Source of the DNA: a virus
Taxonomy: Duplodnaviria > Heunggongvirae > Uroviricota > Caudoviricetes
IMG/VR virus record: IMGVR_UViG_2541047807_000012
Strand: one strand, 5' to 3'
Length of the DNA stretch: 43,752 bases
In this document: piece after piece, positions 28,839 to 39,992 of the stretch
How positions within the stretch are numbered: position 1 is the first letter of the stretch
How the letters are laid out: the number at the start of each line of letters is the position of its first letter
Notes under the pieces: generated by a model
Databases searched by the model: none
What the model was told of the DNA's origin: nothing
Seen by the model: the letters and a program-made list of their open reading frames with translations, nothing else
Program-made: the position numbers and the translations under genes

Positions 28839-29582
28839 ATGACCACACCAAATCCACTGGCAAAGACGAAAGGTGCGGGGACGACGTTCTGGATGTATAC
28901 CGGCAACGGCGACGCATTTGCGAACCCTTTGTCGGACACTGACTGGCTGCGTCTTGCGATGGTGAAGGATCTGCAACCTGGCGAAATGACCGCTGATGCA
29001 GAAGATGATACTTATCTCGATGATGAAGATGCAGACTGGAAAACGACAACCCAGGGGCAGAAATCCGTCGGTGATACTTCGGCGACGCTGGCCTGGCGTC
29101 CGGGTGACAGCGGGCAGAAAAAACTGGTTCAGTTGTTCGACTCCGGTGAAGTCTGCGCGTTTCGTATCAAATATCCCAACGGTACTGTTGATGTTTTCCG
29201 TGGCTGGCTGAGTTCACTGGGTAAAACCATTGCCTCAAAAGACGTGATGACCCGCACCGTGAAAATCAGCGGTGTGGGGCGTCCATATCTGGCAGAGGAG
29301 GGCACTGAAACCGTGGGCGTTACCGGGCTGACGGTGGCACCGGCATCCGCCAGTGTCAATGTGGGAGCAACCACCACGCTGACCTTTACAGTAAAACCTG
29401 ACGGAGCCAGTGACAAAGCGATCAGTGTGCATTCGACAGATCCACAGACTGCCACGGTGACCCTGAACGGGCTTGTGGCCACGGTGAAAGGCGTGAAGCA
29501 GGGCAGTGTCAGCATTGTGGGCATGACTTCTGACGGCGATTTTGTGGCAGTGGCTACGGTGGCTGTCAGCGCCGCAGGTTAA
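28839..29582 (+). CDS. V: Major tail tube protein V with C-terminal Ig-like (Big_2) domain
   Basis: Start at MTTPNPLAKTKGAGTTFWMY; C-terminal Ig-like repeat region as in lambda gpV. Confidence 0.85.
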   Translation: MTTPNPLAKTKGAGTTFWMYTGNGDAFANPLSDTDWLRLAMVKDLQPGEMTADAEDDTYLDDEDADWKTTTQGQKSVGDTSATLAWRPGDSGQKKLVQLFDSGEVCAFRIKYPNGTVDVFRGWLSSLGKTIASKDVMTRTVKISGVGRPYLAEEGTETVGVTGLTVAPASASVNVGATTTLTFTVKPDGASDKAISVHSTDPQTATVTLNGLVATVKGVKQGSVSIVGMTSDGDFVAVATVAVSAAG

Positions 29583-29602
29583 CAGGACGATACTCATCAT
29601 TT

Positions 29603-29626
29603 GCCCCGGTTATCCGGGGCTTTTTT
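29603..29626 (+). terminator. Terminator-like hairpin after V
   Basis: Hairpin GCCCCGGttatCCGGGGC followed by TTTTTTG. Confidence 0.55.
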
Positions 29627-29639
29627 GCAGGTGGAGAAC

Positions 29640-30029
29640 ATGATGTTTCTGAAACAGGGCACGTTTAATTATGAAAAGCAGTCCGTGGTGCTCAGTGAGC
29701 TGTCCGGGCTGCAGAGAATTGAATATCTGGCGTTTGTTCAGCAGCGAACGGCAAAGTTTGATGCCGAAGAGGGAGAACTGCCGGAGGCTGAACGACAGAT
29801 TGCTTTTCTGCGGATGGGGATGGATATCAATGCCTGGCTGGTTTCCCGCTCACTGTGGAATGCGGAACAGTCTCAGGATGTTGAGACGCTTTGCGCATCC
29901 GTTATTACAACATGGTCGTATGATGCCCTGGGAGCGGGGGCGGAGATGGTTCTGTCGCTGAGCGGTATGGGAGCCATTGAGAATGCCGGGGATTTGGAGC
30001 ATGAGGTGCTGACGCCGGAAAAGTCCTGA
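29640..30029 (+). CDS. G: Tail assembly chaperone G
   Basis: MMFLKQGTFNYEKQSVVLSELSGLQRIEYLAF resembles lambda G (MFLKTESFEHNGVTVTLSELSALQRIEHLA). Confidence 0.8.
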   Translation: MMFLKQGTFNYEKQSVVLSELSGLQRIEYLAFVQQRTAKFDAEEGELPEAERQIAFLRMGMDINAWLVSRSLWNAEQSQDVETLCASVITTWSYDALGAGAEMVLSLSGMGAIENAGDLEHEVLTPEKS

Positions 30030-30037
30030 CGCGGGAA

Positions 30038-30367
30038 ATGCAGTTTGTCATGCGGCTTGCCCGGGAGTTCCGGCGGGCAGACTGGCGGCGGATGCTGTCG
30101 GAAATGTCGGCCACTGAGCTTGGTGAGTGGGGCGATTATTTCCGGATGCAGAGTTTCAGTGATGTGTGGATGGATGCGCAGTTTGCCTCGCTGAAGGCAT
30201 TGATCGTGAGAATGGTGTCCGGCAGCAGTGATGCTGCGGTGGCTGATTTCAGCCTTTTACCGGAAGAGAACGGGATACCGGAGCGAACGGACGAAGAACT
30301 GATGCATCTTGGGGAAGGTATTTCCGGAGGTGTGCGTTATGGACCAGATAGCCAACCTGGTCATTGA
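30038..30367 (+). CDS. T: Tail assembly chaperone T segment (expressed as G-T fusion by -1 frameshift)
   Basis: ORF in the -1 frame relative to G, open from 30005; slippery-like CGGAAAAG at 30016-30023 near the G stop, analogous to lambda GGGAAAG. Confidence 0.7.
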   Translation: MQFVMRLAREFRRADWRRMLSEMSATELGEWGDYFRMQSFSDVWMDAQFASLKALIVRMVSGSSDAAVADFSLLPEENGIPERTDEELMHLGEGISGGVRYGPDSQPGH

Positions 30368-33300
30368 TTTGGGGATTGATGCGGCAGAGTTTAAAAATGA
30401 AATTCCCCGTATCAAAAACCTTCTGAATGGTGCAGCCAGCGATGCAGAAAGGTCTTCTGCCCGTATGCAGCGTTTTATGGAGCGTCAGACTCAGGCTGCC
30501 CGGCAGACAATGCAGGCGGCTTCTTCGGCTGCAACAGCCGCATCCGTCCATGCGCAGACGGTGGAGAAGAGCGCACAGGCTCATGAACGCATGGCCCGCG
30601 AGGTGGAGCAAACCCGCCAGCGTATGGAGGCACTGAGCCAGAAAATGCGCGAGGAACAGGCGCAGGCCATGGCTCTGGCGGAGGCTCAGGATAAAGCGGC
30701 TGCCGCGTTTTATCGTCAGATTGACAGTGTGAAACAGGCCAGTGCGGGGCTGCAGGAATTACAGCGTATTCAGCAGCAGATCCGACAGGCCAGAAACAGT
30801 GGCGGGATTGGTCAGCAGGATTATCTGGCGCTGATTTCTGAGGTTACGGCGAAAACCCGTGTTCTTACGCAGGCTGAGGCAGAGGCTACCCGACAGAAAG
30901 TGGCGTTTATCCGTCAGCTTAAAGAGCAGGCAACCCGCCAGAATCTTTCTTCTTCTGAGTTGCTTCGTGCTAAGGCTGCCCAGCTGGGGGTAAGCAGTGC
31001 TGCAGAAGTGTATATCCGCAAAATGGAGCAGGCAGGAAAAGCCACGCATTCGCTGGGTCTGAAAAGTGCAGCGGCCCGCCAGGAGATAGGCGTTCTGATA
31101 GGTGAACTGGCTCGCGGCAATTTAGGGGCGCTGAGGGGATCCGGGATAACGCTGGCTAACCGTGCCGGATGGATAGACACACTGATGTCACCGAAAGGCA
31201 TGATGCTGGGCGGGGTTATTGGCGGTATTGCCGCGGCTGTCTATGGTCTGGGTAAAGCCTGGTATGACGGTCAGAAGGAGGGGGAAGAATTTAACCGCCA
31301 GCTGTCGCTGACGGGGCATTATGCCGGAGTCACTGCCGGGCAGCTGTGGACGCTCAGTCGTGCTATTTCCGGGAATGGTATCACGCAACATGCTGCAGCC
31401 GGTGCGCTGGCTCAGGTGGTGGGGAGTGGTGCATTTCGTGGAAACGATATCGGTATGGTGGCGAGAGCTGCCGCACAGATGGAGCGATCGGTTGGTCAGT
31501 CGGTCAGCGATACCATAAGTCAGTTTAAGCGGCTGAAGGATGATCCTGTAAATGCCGCGAAGGCTCTGGACAATGAGCTGCATTTTCTTACTGCCACTCA
31601 GCTTGAGCAGATACGCGTCCTTGGGGAACAGGGGCGGTCCAGTGATGCGGCACGGATAGCCATGTCTGCACTGGCAGAGGAAACCGGTCGGCGTACTGCG
31701 GATATTGATAATAACCTCAATGCGCTGGGTAGTACGCTGCAAACCTTGTCTGACTGGTGGAAGCAGTTCTGGGATGCGGCCATGAATATTGGTCGTGAAG
31801 ATTCGCTGGATGCGCAGATTGCCACTTTGCAGGAGAAAGTGTCGCGGGCGAAAAGACTCCCCTGGACGGCATCATCTTCTCAGGTTGAATACGATCAGCA
31901 GCGTCTTAACGATCTTCAGGAGAAAAAACGCCAGAAGGATTTGCAGGATGCAAAAGAGCAGGCAGAGCGGAATTATCAGGAGCAACAGAAACGCCGTAAT
32001 GCTGAAAATGCTGCACTGAATCGGATGAATGAAACGGAAGCTGCACGACATCAGCGTGAAATTGCGCGTATTAATGCCATGCAGTACGCCGATCAGGCTG
32101 TCAGGGATGCTGCGATACAACGTGAAAATGAACGTTACGAGAAAGCCCTGGCATCCGGTAAGAAAAAAACACGCGAAACCCGTAATGATGAGGCCACCCG
32201 GTTATTGCTGCAGTACAGCCAGCAACAGGCACAGGTGGAAGGACAGATTGCTGCTGCAAGACAGTCAGCAGGCATTGCCACTGACAGGATGACAGAAGCG
32301 CATAAACAGCTTCTGGCTCTGCAGCAGCGCATCAGCGATCTGGACGGGAAAAAACTGACGGCAGATGAAAAGAGTGTGCTGGCCCGTAAAGATGAACTGA
32401 TTCAGGCACTGACGCTGCTGGATGTAAAACAGCAGGAGCTTCAGAAACAGACGGCACTCAACGATCTGAAGAAAAAAACAATTCAGCTGACCAGTCAACT
32501 GGCTGAAGAAGAGCGCGCTCAGCGTCAGCAACATGACCTGGATATCGCCACGGTGGGTATGGGTGATCAGCAGCGGCAGCGATATCAGGTACAACTGAGT
32601 CTTCGCCAGAAATACCAGCAACAGCTGGAGCAGTTGAGGCGGGATAGTGAGCAGAAAGGGACATATAACACGGATGACTACAGAAAGGCCGAGCAGGCGC
32701 TGACGGAGAGCCTGAACCGACAACTGAATGAGAATCGCCGTTACTGGCAACAGCTTGAAATTGCTCAGGGTGACTGGAAAAACGGAGTCCTGCGTGCACT
32801 CCAGAATGTCACTGAGAATGCGGATAACACAGCCGGGACAGTGGAACAGTTGTTCACGTCTGCGTTCAGTAGCATGAGTGACTGGCTGGCGACATTCTGT
32901 ACTACAGGCAAACTCAATTTCAAATCCTTCACCTCTTCTGTGCTGTCAGATATGTCCAGAATCATGGCTCAGATAGCTTTAATGAAAGCGGTAAAAGGCA
33001 TTGCTTCCGCGCTGCCTTTTGATTTTGTAGCTAATGCTGATGGCGGTGTTTATCAGTCGGCTGATTTGAGTCGCTACAGTGGCACGGTGGTTAACCGTCC
33101 GACGTTTTTTGCTTTTGCAAAAGGCGCGGGTGTGATGGGGGAAGCTGGGCCTGAAGCCATTCTACCACTGCGTCGTGGTGCTGACGGTAAGCTGGGGGTT
33201 GTGGCGGATATTGGTGGTTCAGGTATGGCGATGTTTGCCCCGCAGTACAACATCGAGATCAATAACGATGGCACGAACGGGCAGATAGGTCCGGCTGCCC

Positions 33301-33395
33301 TGAAGGTGGTTTATGACCTTGGGAAAAAAGCGGCAGCGGACTTTATGCAACAGCAGGCCCGTGATGGTGGTCGGTTAAGTGGAGCATATCGGTAA
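30339..33395 (+). CDS. H: Tail tape measure protein H
   Basis: 1019 aa; N-terminus (LVIDLGIDAAEF) and C-terminus (NNDGTNGQIGPAALKVVYD...RDGG) resemble lambda gpH; long coiled-coil middle. Confidence 0.9.
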   Translation: MDQIANLVIDLGIDAAEFKNEIPRIKNLLNGAASDAERSSARMQRFMERQTQAARQTMQAASSAATAASVHAQTVEKSAQAHERMAREVEQTRQRMEALSQKMREEQAQAMALAEAQDKAAAAFYRQIDSVKQASAGLQELQRIQQQIRQARNSGGIGQQDYLALISEVTAKTRVLTQAEAEATRQKVAFIRQLKEQATRQNLSSSELLRAKAAQLGVSSAAEVYIRKMEQAGKATHSLGLKSAAARQEIGVLIGELARGNLGALRGSGITLANRAGWIDTLMSPKGMMLGGVIGGIAAAVYGLGKAWYDGQKEGEEFNRQLSLTGHYAGVTAGQLWTLSRAISGNGITQHAAAGALAQVVGSGAFRGNDIGMVARAAAQMERSVGQSVSDTISQFKRLKDDPVNAAKALDNELHFLTATQLEQIRVLGEQGRSSDAARIAMSALAEETGRRTADIDNNLNALGSTLQTLSDWWKQFWDAAMNIGREDSLDAQIATLQEKVSRAKRLPWTASSSQVEYDQQRLNDLQEKKRQKDLQDAKEQAERNYQEQQKRRNAENAALNRMNETEAARHQREIARINAMQYADQAVRDAAIQRENERYEKALASGKKKTRETRNDEATRLLLQYSQQQAQVEGQIAAARQSAGIATDRMTEAHKQLLALQQRISDLDGKKLTADEKSVLARKDELIQALTLLDVKQQELQKQTALNDLKKKTIQLTSQLAEEERAQRQQHDLDIATVGMGDQQRQRYQVQLSLRQKYQQQLEQLRRDSEQKGTYNTDDYRKAEQALTESLNRQLNENRRYWQQLEIAQGDWKNGVLRALQNVTENADNTAGTVEQLFTSAFSSMSDWLATFCTTGKLNFKSFTSSVLSDMSRIMAQIALMKAVKGIASALPFDFVANADGGVYQSADLSRYSGTVVNRPTFFAFAKGAGVMGEAGPEAILPLRRGADGKLGVVADIGGSGMAMFAPQYNIEINNDGTNGQIGPAALKVVYDLGKKAAADFMQQQARDGGRLSGAYR

Positions 33396-33724
33396 TGGAG
33401 ACGTTTCACTGGAAAGTGCGCCCGGATATGAATGTGGTATCAGAGCCGAAAGTGGTGACAGTGAAGCTGGGCGATGGTTATGAACAGCGTCGTGCGGCGG
33501 GACTGAATAACCAGTTGTCGACTTACAGCGTGACGATACGTGTTCGTAAATGTGAACACCCATCTTTAAAAGCCTTTCTGGAACGGCACGGTGGCGTCCG
33601 CGCATTTCAGTGGACGCCACCTTATGACTGGAAGCCGATCAGGGTGGTTTGTCGTAAATGGTCGGCAAGCGTGGGGGCGCTGTGGGTAACCATAACGGCA
33701 GATTTTGAACAGGTCGTGGCATAG
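33395..33724 (+). CDS. M: Minor tail protein M
   Basis: 109 aa; position and size match lambda gpM. Confidence 0.85.
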   Translation: METFHWKVRPDMNVVSEPKVVTVKLGDGYEQRRAAGLNNQLSTYSVTIRVRKCEHPSLKAFLERHGGVRAFQWTPPYDWKPIRVVCRKWSASVGALWVTITADFEQVVA

Positions 33725-33733
33725 GAGGCCCTG

Positions 33734-34432
33734 ATGCAGGATATTCCACAGGAAACACATCATGAGACGACACGCCTTACTCAGTCAGCCCAGGTGGTGC
33801 TCTGGGAAATCGATCTGACAGAGGTCGGTGGTGAACGTTATTTTTTCTGTAATGAGCAGAACGAAAAAGGTGAGCCGGTCACCTGGCAGGGGCGGCAGTA
33901 TCAGGTATACCCTATTCAGGGGACGGGATTTGAACTGAACGGTAAGGGTAGTGCTGCCCGTCCGACACTGACGGTCTCTAACCTGCACGGCATGGTCACC
34001 GGGATGGTGGAAGACCTGCAGAGTCTGGTCGGCGGAACGGTGGTCAGGCGTAAGGTTTACGCCCGTTTTCTGGATGCGGTGAACTTCGTCAACGGAAACA
34101 GCGACGCCGATCCGGAGCAGGAGGTGATCAGCCGCTGGCGCATCGAGCAGTGCAGCGAACTGAGTGCGGTCAGTGCCTCCTTTGTGCTCTCCACACCGAC
34201 GGAAACGGATGGTGCTGTTTTTCCGGGGCGCATCATGCTGGCCAACACCTGCACCTGGACCTATCGCGGTGATGAGTGCGGTTATCATGGTCCGGCTGTC
34301 GCGGATGAATATGACCAGCCGACGTCCGATATCACGAAGGATAAATGCAGCAAATGCCTGAGCGGCTGTAAGTTTCGCAATAACGTCGGCAACTTTGGCG
34401 GCTTCCTTTCCATTAACAAACTTTCGCAGTAA
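33734..34432 (+). CDS. L: Minor tail protein L
   Basis: 232 aa with high similarity to recalled lambda gpL (VVLWEIDLTEVGGERYFFCNEQNEKGEPVTWQGRQYQ...). Confidence 0.9.
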   Translation: MQDIPQETHHETTRLTQSAQVVLWEIDLTEVGGERYFFCNEQNEKGEPVTWQGRQYQVYPIQGTGFELNGKGSAARPTLTVSNLHGMVTGMVEDLQSLVGGTVVRRKVYARFLDAVNFVNGNSDADPEQEVISRWRIEQCSELSAVSASFVLSTPTETDGAVFPGRIMLANTCTWTYRGDECGYHGPAVADEYDQPTSDITKDKCSKCLSGCKFRNNVGNFGGFLSINKLSQ

Positions 34433-34436
34433 TCCC

Positions 34437-35180
34437 ATGACACAGACAGAATCAGCGATTCTGGCGCACGCCCGGCGATGTGCGCCAGCGGAGTCGTGCG
34501 GCTTCGTGGTGAGAACGCCGGAAGGGGAAAGATATTTTCCCTGCGTGAATATCTCCGGTGAGCCGGAGGCGTATTTCCGGATGTCGCCGGAGGACTGGCT
34601 GCGGGCAGAGATGCAGGGTGAGATTGTGGCGCTGGTCCACAGCCACCCCGGTGGCCTGCCCTGGCTGAGTGAGGCTGACAGGCGGCTGCAGGTGCAGAGC
34701 GATTTGCCTTGGTGGCTGGTCTGCCGGGGTGAGATTCATAAATTCCGCTGTGTGCCGCATCTTACCGGGCGGCGCTTTGAGCACGGGGCGACGGACTGTT
34801 ACACGCTGTTCCGGGATGCTTATCATCTGGCGGGGATTGAGATGCCGGACTTTCATCGTGAGGATGACTGGTGGTGTAACGGCCAGAATCTCTATCTGGA
34901 TAATCTGGAGGCCACAGGGCTGTATCAGGTGCCGTTGTCAGCGGCGCAGCCGGGCGATGTGCTGCTGTGCTGTTTTGGTTCATCGGTGCCGAATCATGCC
35001 GCCATTTACTGCGGCGACGGTGAGCTGTTGCACCATATTCCTGAACAACTGAGCAAACGAGAGAGGTATACCGACAAATGGCAGCGACGCACACACTCCC
35101 TCTGGCGTCACCGGGCATGGCACGCATCTGCCTTTACGGGGATTTACAACGATTTGGCCGCCGCATCGACCTTCGTGTAA
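34437..35180 (+). CDS. K: Tail assembly protein K (JAB/MPN + NlpC/P60)
   Basis: Start at MTQTESAILAHARR; HSHP motif and Cys/His residues as in lambda gpK. Confidence 0.9.
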   Translation: MTQTESAILAHARRCAPAESCGFVVRTPEGERYFPCVNISGEPEAYFRMSPEDWLRAEMQGEIVALVHSHPGGLPWLSEADRRLQVQSDLPWWLVCRGEIHKFRCVPHLTGRRFEHGATDCYTLFRDAYHLAGIEMPDFHREDDWWCNGQNLYLDNLEATGLYQVPLSAAQPGDVLLCCFGSSVPNHAAIYCGDGELLHHIPEQLSKRERYTDKWQRRTHSLWRHRAWHASAFTGIYNDLAAASTFV

Positions 35181-35725
35181 AAACGGGGGCTGAAGCCATC
35201 CGGGCGTTGTCCACACAGCTCCCGGCGTTTCGTCAGAAACTGAATGACGGCTGGTATCAGGTGCGCATTGCCGGGCGTGATGCAGGTGAAACCGAATTAT
35301 CTGCCCGTCTTAATGAGCCGCTGGCAAATGGTGCCGTGATCCACATCGTGCCGCGTCTGGCGGGAGCTAAAAGTGGCGGTGTGTTTCAGGTGGTGCTGGG
35401 GGCGGCGCTGATTGCGGTGGCATGGTGGAACCCTGTGGGCTGGCTGGGTGCCGCGGCTGTATCGGGCATGTATGCGGCAGGGGCCAGTATGATCCTGGGT
35501 GGTGTGGCCCAGATGCTGGCACCGAAAGCCCGGACGCCCACAGCGACCAGCACGGATAACGGTAAGCAGAACACCTATTTCTCATCACTGGATAACATGG
35601 TTGCCCAGGGCAATGTTCTGCCTGTTCTGTACGGTGAAATGCGCGTGGGGTCTCGTGTGGTTTCTCAGGAGATCAGCACGGCAGATGAAGGGGACGGTGG
35701 TCAGGTTGTGGTGATTGGCCGCTGA
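35078..35725 (+). CDS. I: Tail assembly protein I
   Basis: MAATHTLPLASPGMARICLYGDLQRFGRRIDL... and C-terminus ...TADEGDGGQVVVIGR match recalled lambda gpI. Confidence 0.85.
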   Translation: MAATHTLPLASPGMARICLYGDLQRFGRRIDLRVKTGAEAIRALSTQLPAFRQKLNDGWYQVRIAGRDAGETELSARLNEPLANGAVIHIVPRLAGAKSGGVFQVVLGAALIAVAWWNPVGWLGAAAVSGMYAAGASMILGGVAQMLAPKARTPTATSTDNGKQNTYFSSLDNMVAQGNVLPVLYGEMRVGSRVVSQEISTADEGDGGQVVVIGR

Positions 35726-35785
35726 TGCAAAATATTTCATGTGAAACCGCCTCCGGGCGGTTTTGTCGTTTATGGAGTATGACGA

Positions 35786-38700
35786 ATGGGCAAAGGAAGC
35801 AGTAAGGGGCATACCCCGCGCGAAGCGAAGGACAACCTGAAGTCCACGCAACTGCTGAGTGTGATTGATGCCATCAGCGAAGGGCCGATTGAAGGTCCGG
35901 TGGATGGATTAAAAAGCGTGCTGCTGAACAGTACGCCAGTGCTGGACACTGAGGGGAATACCAACATCTCCGGCGTCACGGTGGTGTTCCGGGCCGGTGA
36001 GCAGGAGCAGACACCGCCGGAGGGATTTGAATCCTCCGGCTCCGAGACGGTGCTGGGTACGGAAGTGAAATACGACACGCCGATCACCCGGACCATCACG
36101 TCGGCAAACATTGACCGACTGCGTTTTACCTTCGGCGTGCAGGCACTGGTGGAAACCACCTCAAAGGGGGACCGGAATCCGTCGGAAGTCCGCCTGCTGG
36201 TTCAGATACAGCGTAATGGTGGCTGGGTGACGGAAAAAGACATCACCATTAAGGGCAAAACCACCTCGCAGTACCTGGCCTCGGTGGTGGTGGATAACCT
36301 GCCTCCGCGCCCGTTCAATATCCGGATGCGCAGGATGACACCGGACAGCACTACAGACCAGCTGCAGAACAAAACGCTCTGGTCGTCATACACCGAAATC
36401 ATCGATGTGAAACAGTGCTACCCGAACACGGCACTGGTCGGCGTACAGGTGGACTCGGAGCAGTTCGGCAGCCAGCAGGTGAGCCGTAATTATCATCTTC
36501 GCGGGCGCATTCTGCAGGTGCCGTCGAACTATAACCCGCAGACGCGACAATACAGCGGTATCTGGGACGGAACGTTTAAGCCAGCATACAGCAACAACAT
36601 GGCCTGGTGTCTGTGGGATATGCTGACCCACCCGCGCTACGGCATGGGGAAACGTCTTGGTGCGGCGGATGTGGACAAATGGGCGCTGTATGTCATCGGC
36701 CAGAATTGCGACCAGTCGGTGCCGGACGGCTTTGGCGGCACGGAGCCGCGCATCACCTGTAACGCTTACCTGACCACACAACGTAAGGCGTGGGATGTGC
36801 TCAGTGATTTCTGCTCGGCGATGCGCTGTATGCCGGTATGGAACGGGCAGACGCTGACGTTCGTGCAGGACCGGCTGTCGGATAAGGTGTGGACCTATAA
36901 CCGCAGTAATGTGGTGATGCCGGATGATGGCGCGCCGTTCCGCTACAGCTTCAGCGCCCTGAAGGACCGCCATAATGCCGTTGAGGTGAACTGGATTGAC
37001 CCGGATAACGGCCAGGAGACGGCGACAGAGCTTGTGGAGGACACGCAGGCCATTGCCCGTTACGGTCGTAACGTCACGAAGATGGATGCTTTTGGCTGTA
37101 CCAGCCGGGGGCAGGCACACCGCGCCGGGCTGTGGCTGATTAAAACGGAGCTGCTGGAAACGCAGACCGTGGACTTCAGCGTGGGCGCAGAAGGGCTTCG
37201 CCATGTGCCGGGTGATGTTATTGAAATCTGCGATGATGACTATGCGGGGATCAGCATCGGCGGGCGCGTGCTGGCGGTGAACAGCCAGACCCGGACGCTG
37301 ACGCTCGACCGTGAAATCACGCTGCCATCCTCCGGTACCACGCTGATAAGCCTGGTTGACGGAAGTGGTAATCCGGTCAGCGTGGAGGTTCAGTCCGTCA
37401 CCGACGGACTTAAGGTGAAAGTGAACCGGGTTCCTGACGGCGTTGCAGAATACAGTGTGTGGGGGCTGAAGTTGCCGACGTTGCGTCAGCGCCTGTTCCG
37501 CTGTGTGAGTATCCGTGAGAACGATGACGGCACGTATGCCATCACTGCCGTGCAGCATGTACCGGAGAAAGAAGCCATCGTGGATAACGGGGCGCACTTT
37601 GACGGTGACCAGAGCGGCACGGTGAATGGTGTCACGCCGCCAGCAGTGCAGCACCTGACTGCCGAAGTCACCGCAGACAGCGGGGAGTATCAGGTACTGG
37701 CCCGCTGGGACACGCCGAAGGTGGTGAAGGGCGTGAGTTTCATGCTTCGCCTGACCGTGGCAGCGGACGATGGCAGTGAGCGGCTGGTCAGCACAGCCCG
37801 GACGACGGAAACCACATACCGCTTCACGCAACTGGCGCTGGGGAACTACAGGCTGACAGTCCGGGCGGTAAATGCGTGGGGGCAGCAGGGCGATCCGGCG
37901 TCGGTATCGTTCCGGATTGCCGCACCGGCAGCACCGTCGAGGATTGAGCTGACGCTGGGCTATTTTCAGATAACCGCCACGCCGCATCTTGCGGTTTATG
38001 ACCCGACGGTACAGTTTGAGTTCTGGTTCTCGGAAAGGCGGATTACCGATATCAGGCAGGTTGAAACCACAGCACGCTATCTTGGCATGGCGCTGTGCTG
38101 GATAGCCGCCAGTATCAATATCAAACCGGGCCATGATTATTACTTTTATATCCGCAGTGTGAACACCGTTGGCAAATCGGCATTCGTGGAGGCTGTTGGT
38201 CAGCCGAGTGATGATGCATCCGGCTATCTGGATTTTTTCAAAGGCGAGATAGGGAAAACCCATCTGGCTCAGGAGCTGTGGACGCAGATTGATAACAGTC
38301 AGCTTGCGTCTGACCTGGCTGAAATCAGGACGTCCATTACAGATGTCAGTAATGAAATCACGCAGACCGTCAATAAGAATCTGGAAGACCAGAGTGCAGC
38401 GATCCAGCAGATACAGAAGGTTCAGGTTGATACAAATAATAACCTGAACAGCATGTGGGCAGTGAAGCTGCAGCAGATGCAGGACGGACGCCTTTATATT
38501 GCGGGTATCGGTGCCGGTATTGAGAACACCCCCGACGGCATGCAGAGTCAGGTGCTGCTGGCGGCGGACCGTGTGGCTTTTATTAACCCGGCGAACGGAA
38601 ACACCACCCCTGCACTGGTCACACAGGGTGGACAGACGTTCATCAATGAGGCGCTGATTAAGTACCTTACAGCTCCCACCATTACCAGCGGCGGCAATCC

Positions 38701-39268
38701 TCCTGTATTTTCCCTGACACCGGACGGGCGGCTGACGGCGAAAAATGCCGATATCAGCGGTAACGTGAATGCGAACTCCGGGACGCTCAACAACGTCACG
38801 ATTAATGAGAACTGTCAGATTAAGGGGAAACTGTCAGCCAATCAGATTGAAGGCGATATTGTCAAAACGGTCAGCAAGTCTTTCCCCCGCACGAACAGTT
38901 ATGCCAGTGGCACCATCACGGTAAGAATCAGTGATGATCAGAAGTTTGACCGGCAGGTCATGATACCTCCAGTGTTATTCCGCGGTGGTAAGCATGAGAA
39001 TTTCAACAGTAATAACCAACAGTCATACTGGTATTCAACCTGCCGGTTAAGAGTGACCCGCAATGGTCAGGAGATTTTTAATCAGTCCACGACGGATGCT
39101 CAGGGCGTATTTTCCTCAGTTATAGATATGCCTGCCGGACAGGGGACGCTGACACTGACATTCACCGTATCTTCATCAGGAGCGAATAACTGGACACCAA
39201 CAACCAGTATCAGCGATCTGCTGGTTGTGGTGATGAAGAAATCAACAGCAGGTATCAGTATCAGCTGA
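35786..39268 (+). CDS. J: Host specificity protein J (central tail fiber / tip attachment)
   Basis: 1160 aa; N-terminal and central regions lambda J-like, including fibronectin III-like repeats; distal C-terminus divergent. Confidence 0.95.
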   Translation: MGKGSSKGHTPREAKDNLKSTQLLSVIDAISEGPIEGPVDGLKSVLLNSTPVLDTEGNTNISGVTVVFRAGEQEQTPPEGFESSGSETVLGTEVKYDTPITRTITSANIDRLRFTFGVQALVETTSKGDRNPSEVRLLVQIQRNGGWVTEKDITIKGKTTSQYLASVVVDNLPPRPFNIRMRRMTPDSTTDQLQNKTLWSSYTEIIDVKQCYPNTALVGVQVDSEQFGSQQVSRNYHLRGRILQVPSNYNPQTRQYSGIWDGTFKPAYSNNMAWCLWDMLTHPRYGMGKRLGAADVDKWALYVIGQNCDQSVPDGFGGTEPRITCNAYLTTQRKAWDVLSDFCSAMRCMPVWNGQTLTFVQDRLSDKVWTYNRSNVVMPDDGAPFRYSFSALKDRHNAVEVNWIDPDNGQETATELVEDTQAIARYGRNVTKMDAFGCTSRGQAHRAGLWLIKTELLETQTVDFSVGAEGLRHVPGDVIEICDDDYAGISIGGRVLAVNSQTRTLTLDREITLPSSGTTLISLVDGSGNPVSVEVQSVTDGLKVKVNRVPDGVAEYSVWGLKLPTLRQRLFRCVSIRENDDGTYAITAVQHVPEKEAIVDNGAHFDGDQSGTVNGVTPPAVQHLTAEVTADSGEYQVLARWDTPKVVKGVSFMLRLTVAADDGSERLVSTARTTETTYRFTQLALGNYRLTVRAVNAWGQQGDPASVSFRIAAPAAPSRIELTLGYFQITATPHLAVYDPTVQFEFWFSERRITDIRQVETTARYLGMALCWIAASINIKPGHDYYFYIRSVNTVGKSAFVEAVGQPSDDASGYLDFFKGEIGKTHLAQELWTQIDNSQLASDLAEIRTSITDVSNEITQTVNKNLEDQSAAIQQIQKVQVDTNNNLNSMWAVKLQQMQDGRLYIAGIGAGIENTPDGMQSQVLLAADRVAFINPANGNTTPALVTQGGQTFINEALIKYLTAPTITSGGNPPVFSLTPDGRLTAKNADISGNVNANSGTLNNVTINENCQIKGKLSANQIEGDIVKTVSKSFPRTNSYASGTITVRISDDQKFDRQVMIPPVLFRGGKHENFNSNNQQSYWYSTCRLRVTRNGQEIFNQSTTDAQGVFSSVIDMPAGQGTLTLTFTVSSSGANNWTPTTSISDLLVVVMKKSTAGISIS

Positions 39269-39282
39269 ATTTTATAACCCAG

Positions 39283-39310
39283 AACGGGCGTCAGAAATGA
39301 CGCCTTTTTT
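39283..39310 (+). terminator. Intrinsic terminator after J
   Basis: Hairpin GGCGTCAgaaaTGACGCC followed by TTTTTTATT. Confidence 0.65.
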
Positions 39311-39334
39311 ATTGCAGAAAAGCGAGAGGTAATT

Positions 39335-39934
39335 ATGCGTAAACTTTATGCCGCCATTTTGTCCGCAGCCATTTGTCTGGCCGTATCCGGTGCGCCTGCA
39401 TGGGCGTCTGAACATCAGTCCACGCTGAGCGCGGGGTATCTTCATGCCTCGACGAACGTTCCCGGCAGCGATGATCTGAACGGGATTAACGTGAAATACC
39501 GTTATGAGTTTACGGACACACTGGGGCTGGTGACGTCATTCAGCTATGCAGGAGACAAGAATCGCCAGATTACCCGTTACAGCGATACCCGCTGGCATGA
39601 AGATTCAGTGCGTAACCGCTGGTTCAGCGTGATGGCGGGGCCGTCTGTACGCGTGAATGAATGGTTCAGTGCTTATGCGATGGCGGGTGTGGCTTACAGC
39701 CGTGTTTCGACGTTCTCCGGGGATTATCTCCGCGTAACTGACAACAAGGGGAAAACGCACGATGTGCTGACCGGAAGTGATGACGGTCGCCACAGCGACA
39801 CGTCTCTGGCATGGGGGGCTGGCGTGCAGTTTAACCCGACCGAATCCGTGGCCATTGATATTGCTTATGAAGGTTCCGGCAGTGGTGACTGGCGCACTGA
39901 CGGTTTCATCGTGGGTGTCGGTTATAAATTCTGA
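39335..39934 (+). CDS. lom: Lom-like outer membrane protein (Ail/OmpX family)
   Basis: 199 aa; signal peptide and beta-barrel pattern ending in the aromatic residue F; lambda Lom-like position after J. Confidence 0.85.
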   Translation: MRKLYAAILSAAICLAVSGAPAWASEHQSTLSAGYLHASTNVPGSDDLNGINVKYRYEFTDTLGLVTSFSYAGDKNRQITRYSDTRWHEDSVRNRWFSVMAGPSVRVNEWFSAYAMAGVAYSRVSTFSGDYLRVTDNKGKTHDVLTGSDDGRHSDTSLAWGAGVQFNPTESVAIDIAYEGSGSGDWRTDGFIVGVGYKF

Positions 39935-39960
39935 TTAGCCAGGTAACACAGTGTTATGAC

Positions 39961-39988
39961 AGCCCGCCGGTTCAGGCGGGCTTTTTTG
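39961..39988 (+). terminator. Intrinsic terminator after lom
   Basis: Hairpin AGCCCGCCggttcaGGCGGGCT followed by TTTTTTG. Confidence 0.65.
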
Positions 39989-39992
39989 TGGA

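Noticed and set aside
31188-31742. 184 aa minus-strand ORF inside the tape measure gene
   Set aside because: Antisense to the tape measure CDS; composition typical of a non-coding mirror frame.
33785-34438. 217 aa minus-strand ORF inside minor tail gene L
   Set aside because: Antisense to the lambda L homologue, which is highly conserved on the plus strand.
36386-38263. 625 aa ORF on the minus strand inside the J gene
   Set aside because: Fully antisense to the well-supported J coding sequence; the product is Arg/Pro/Gly/His-rich and low-complexity, as expected for a mirror frame of a GC-rich gene.
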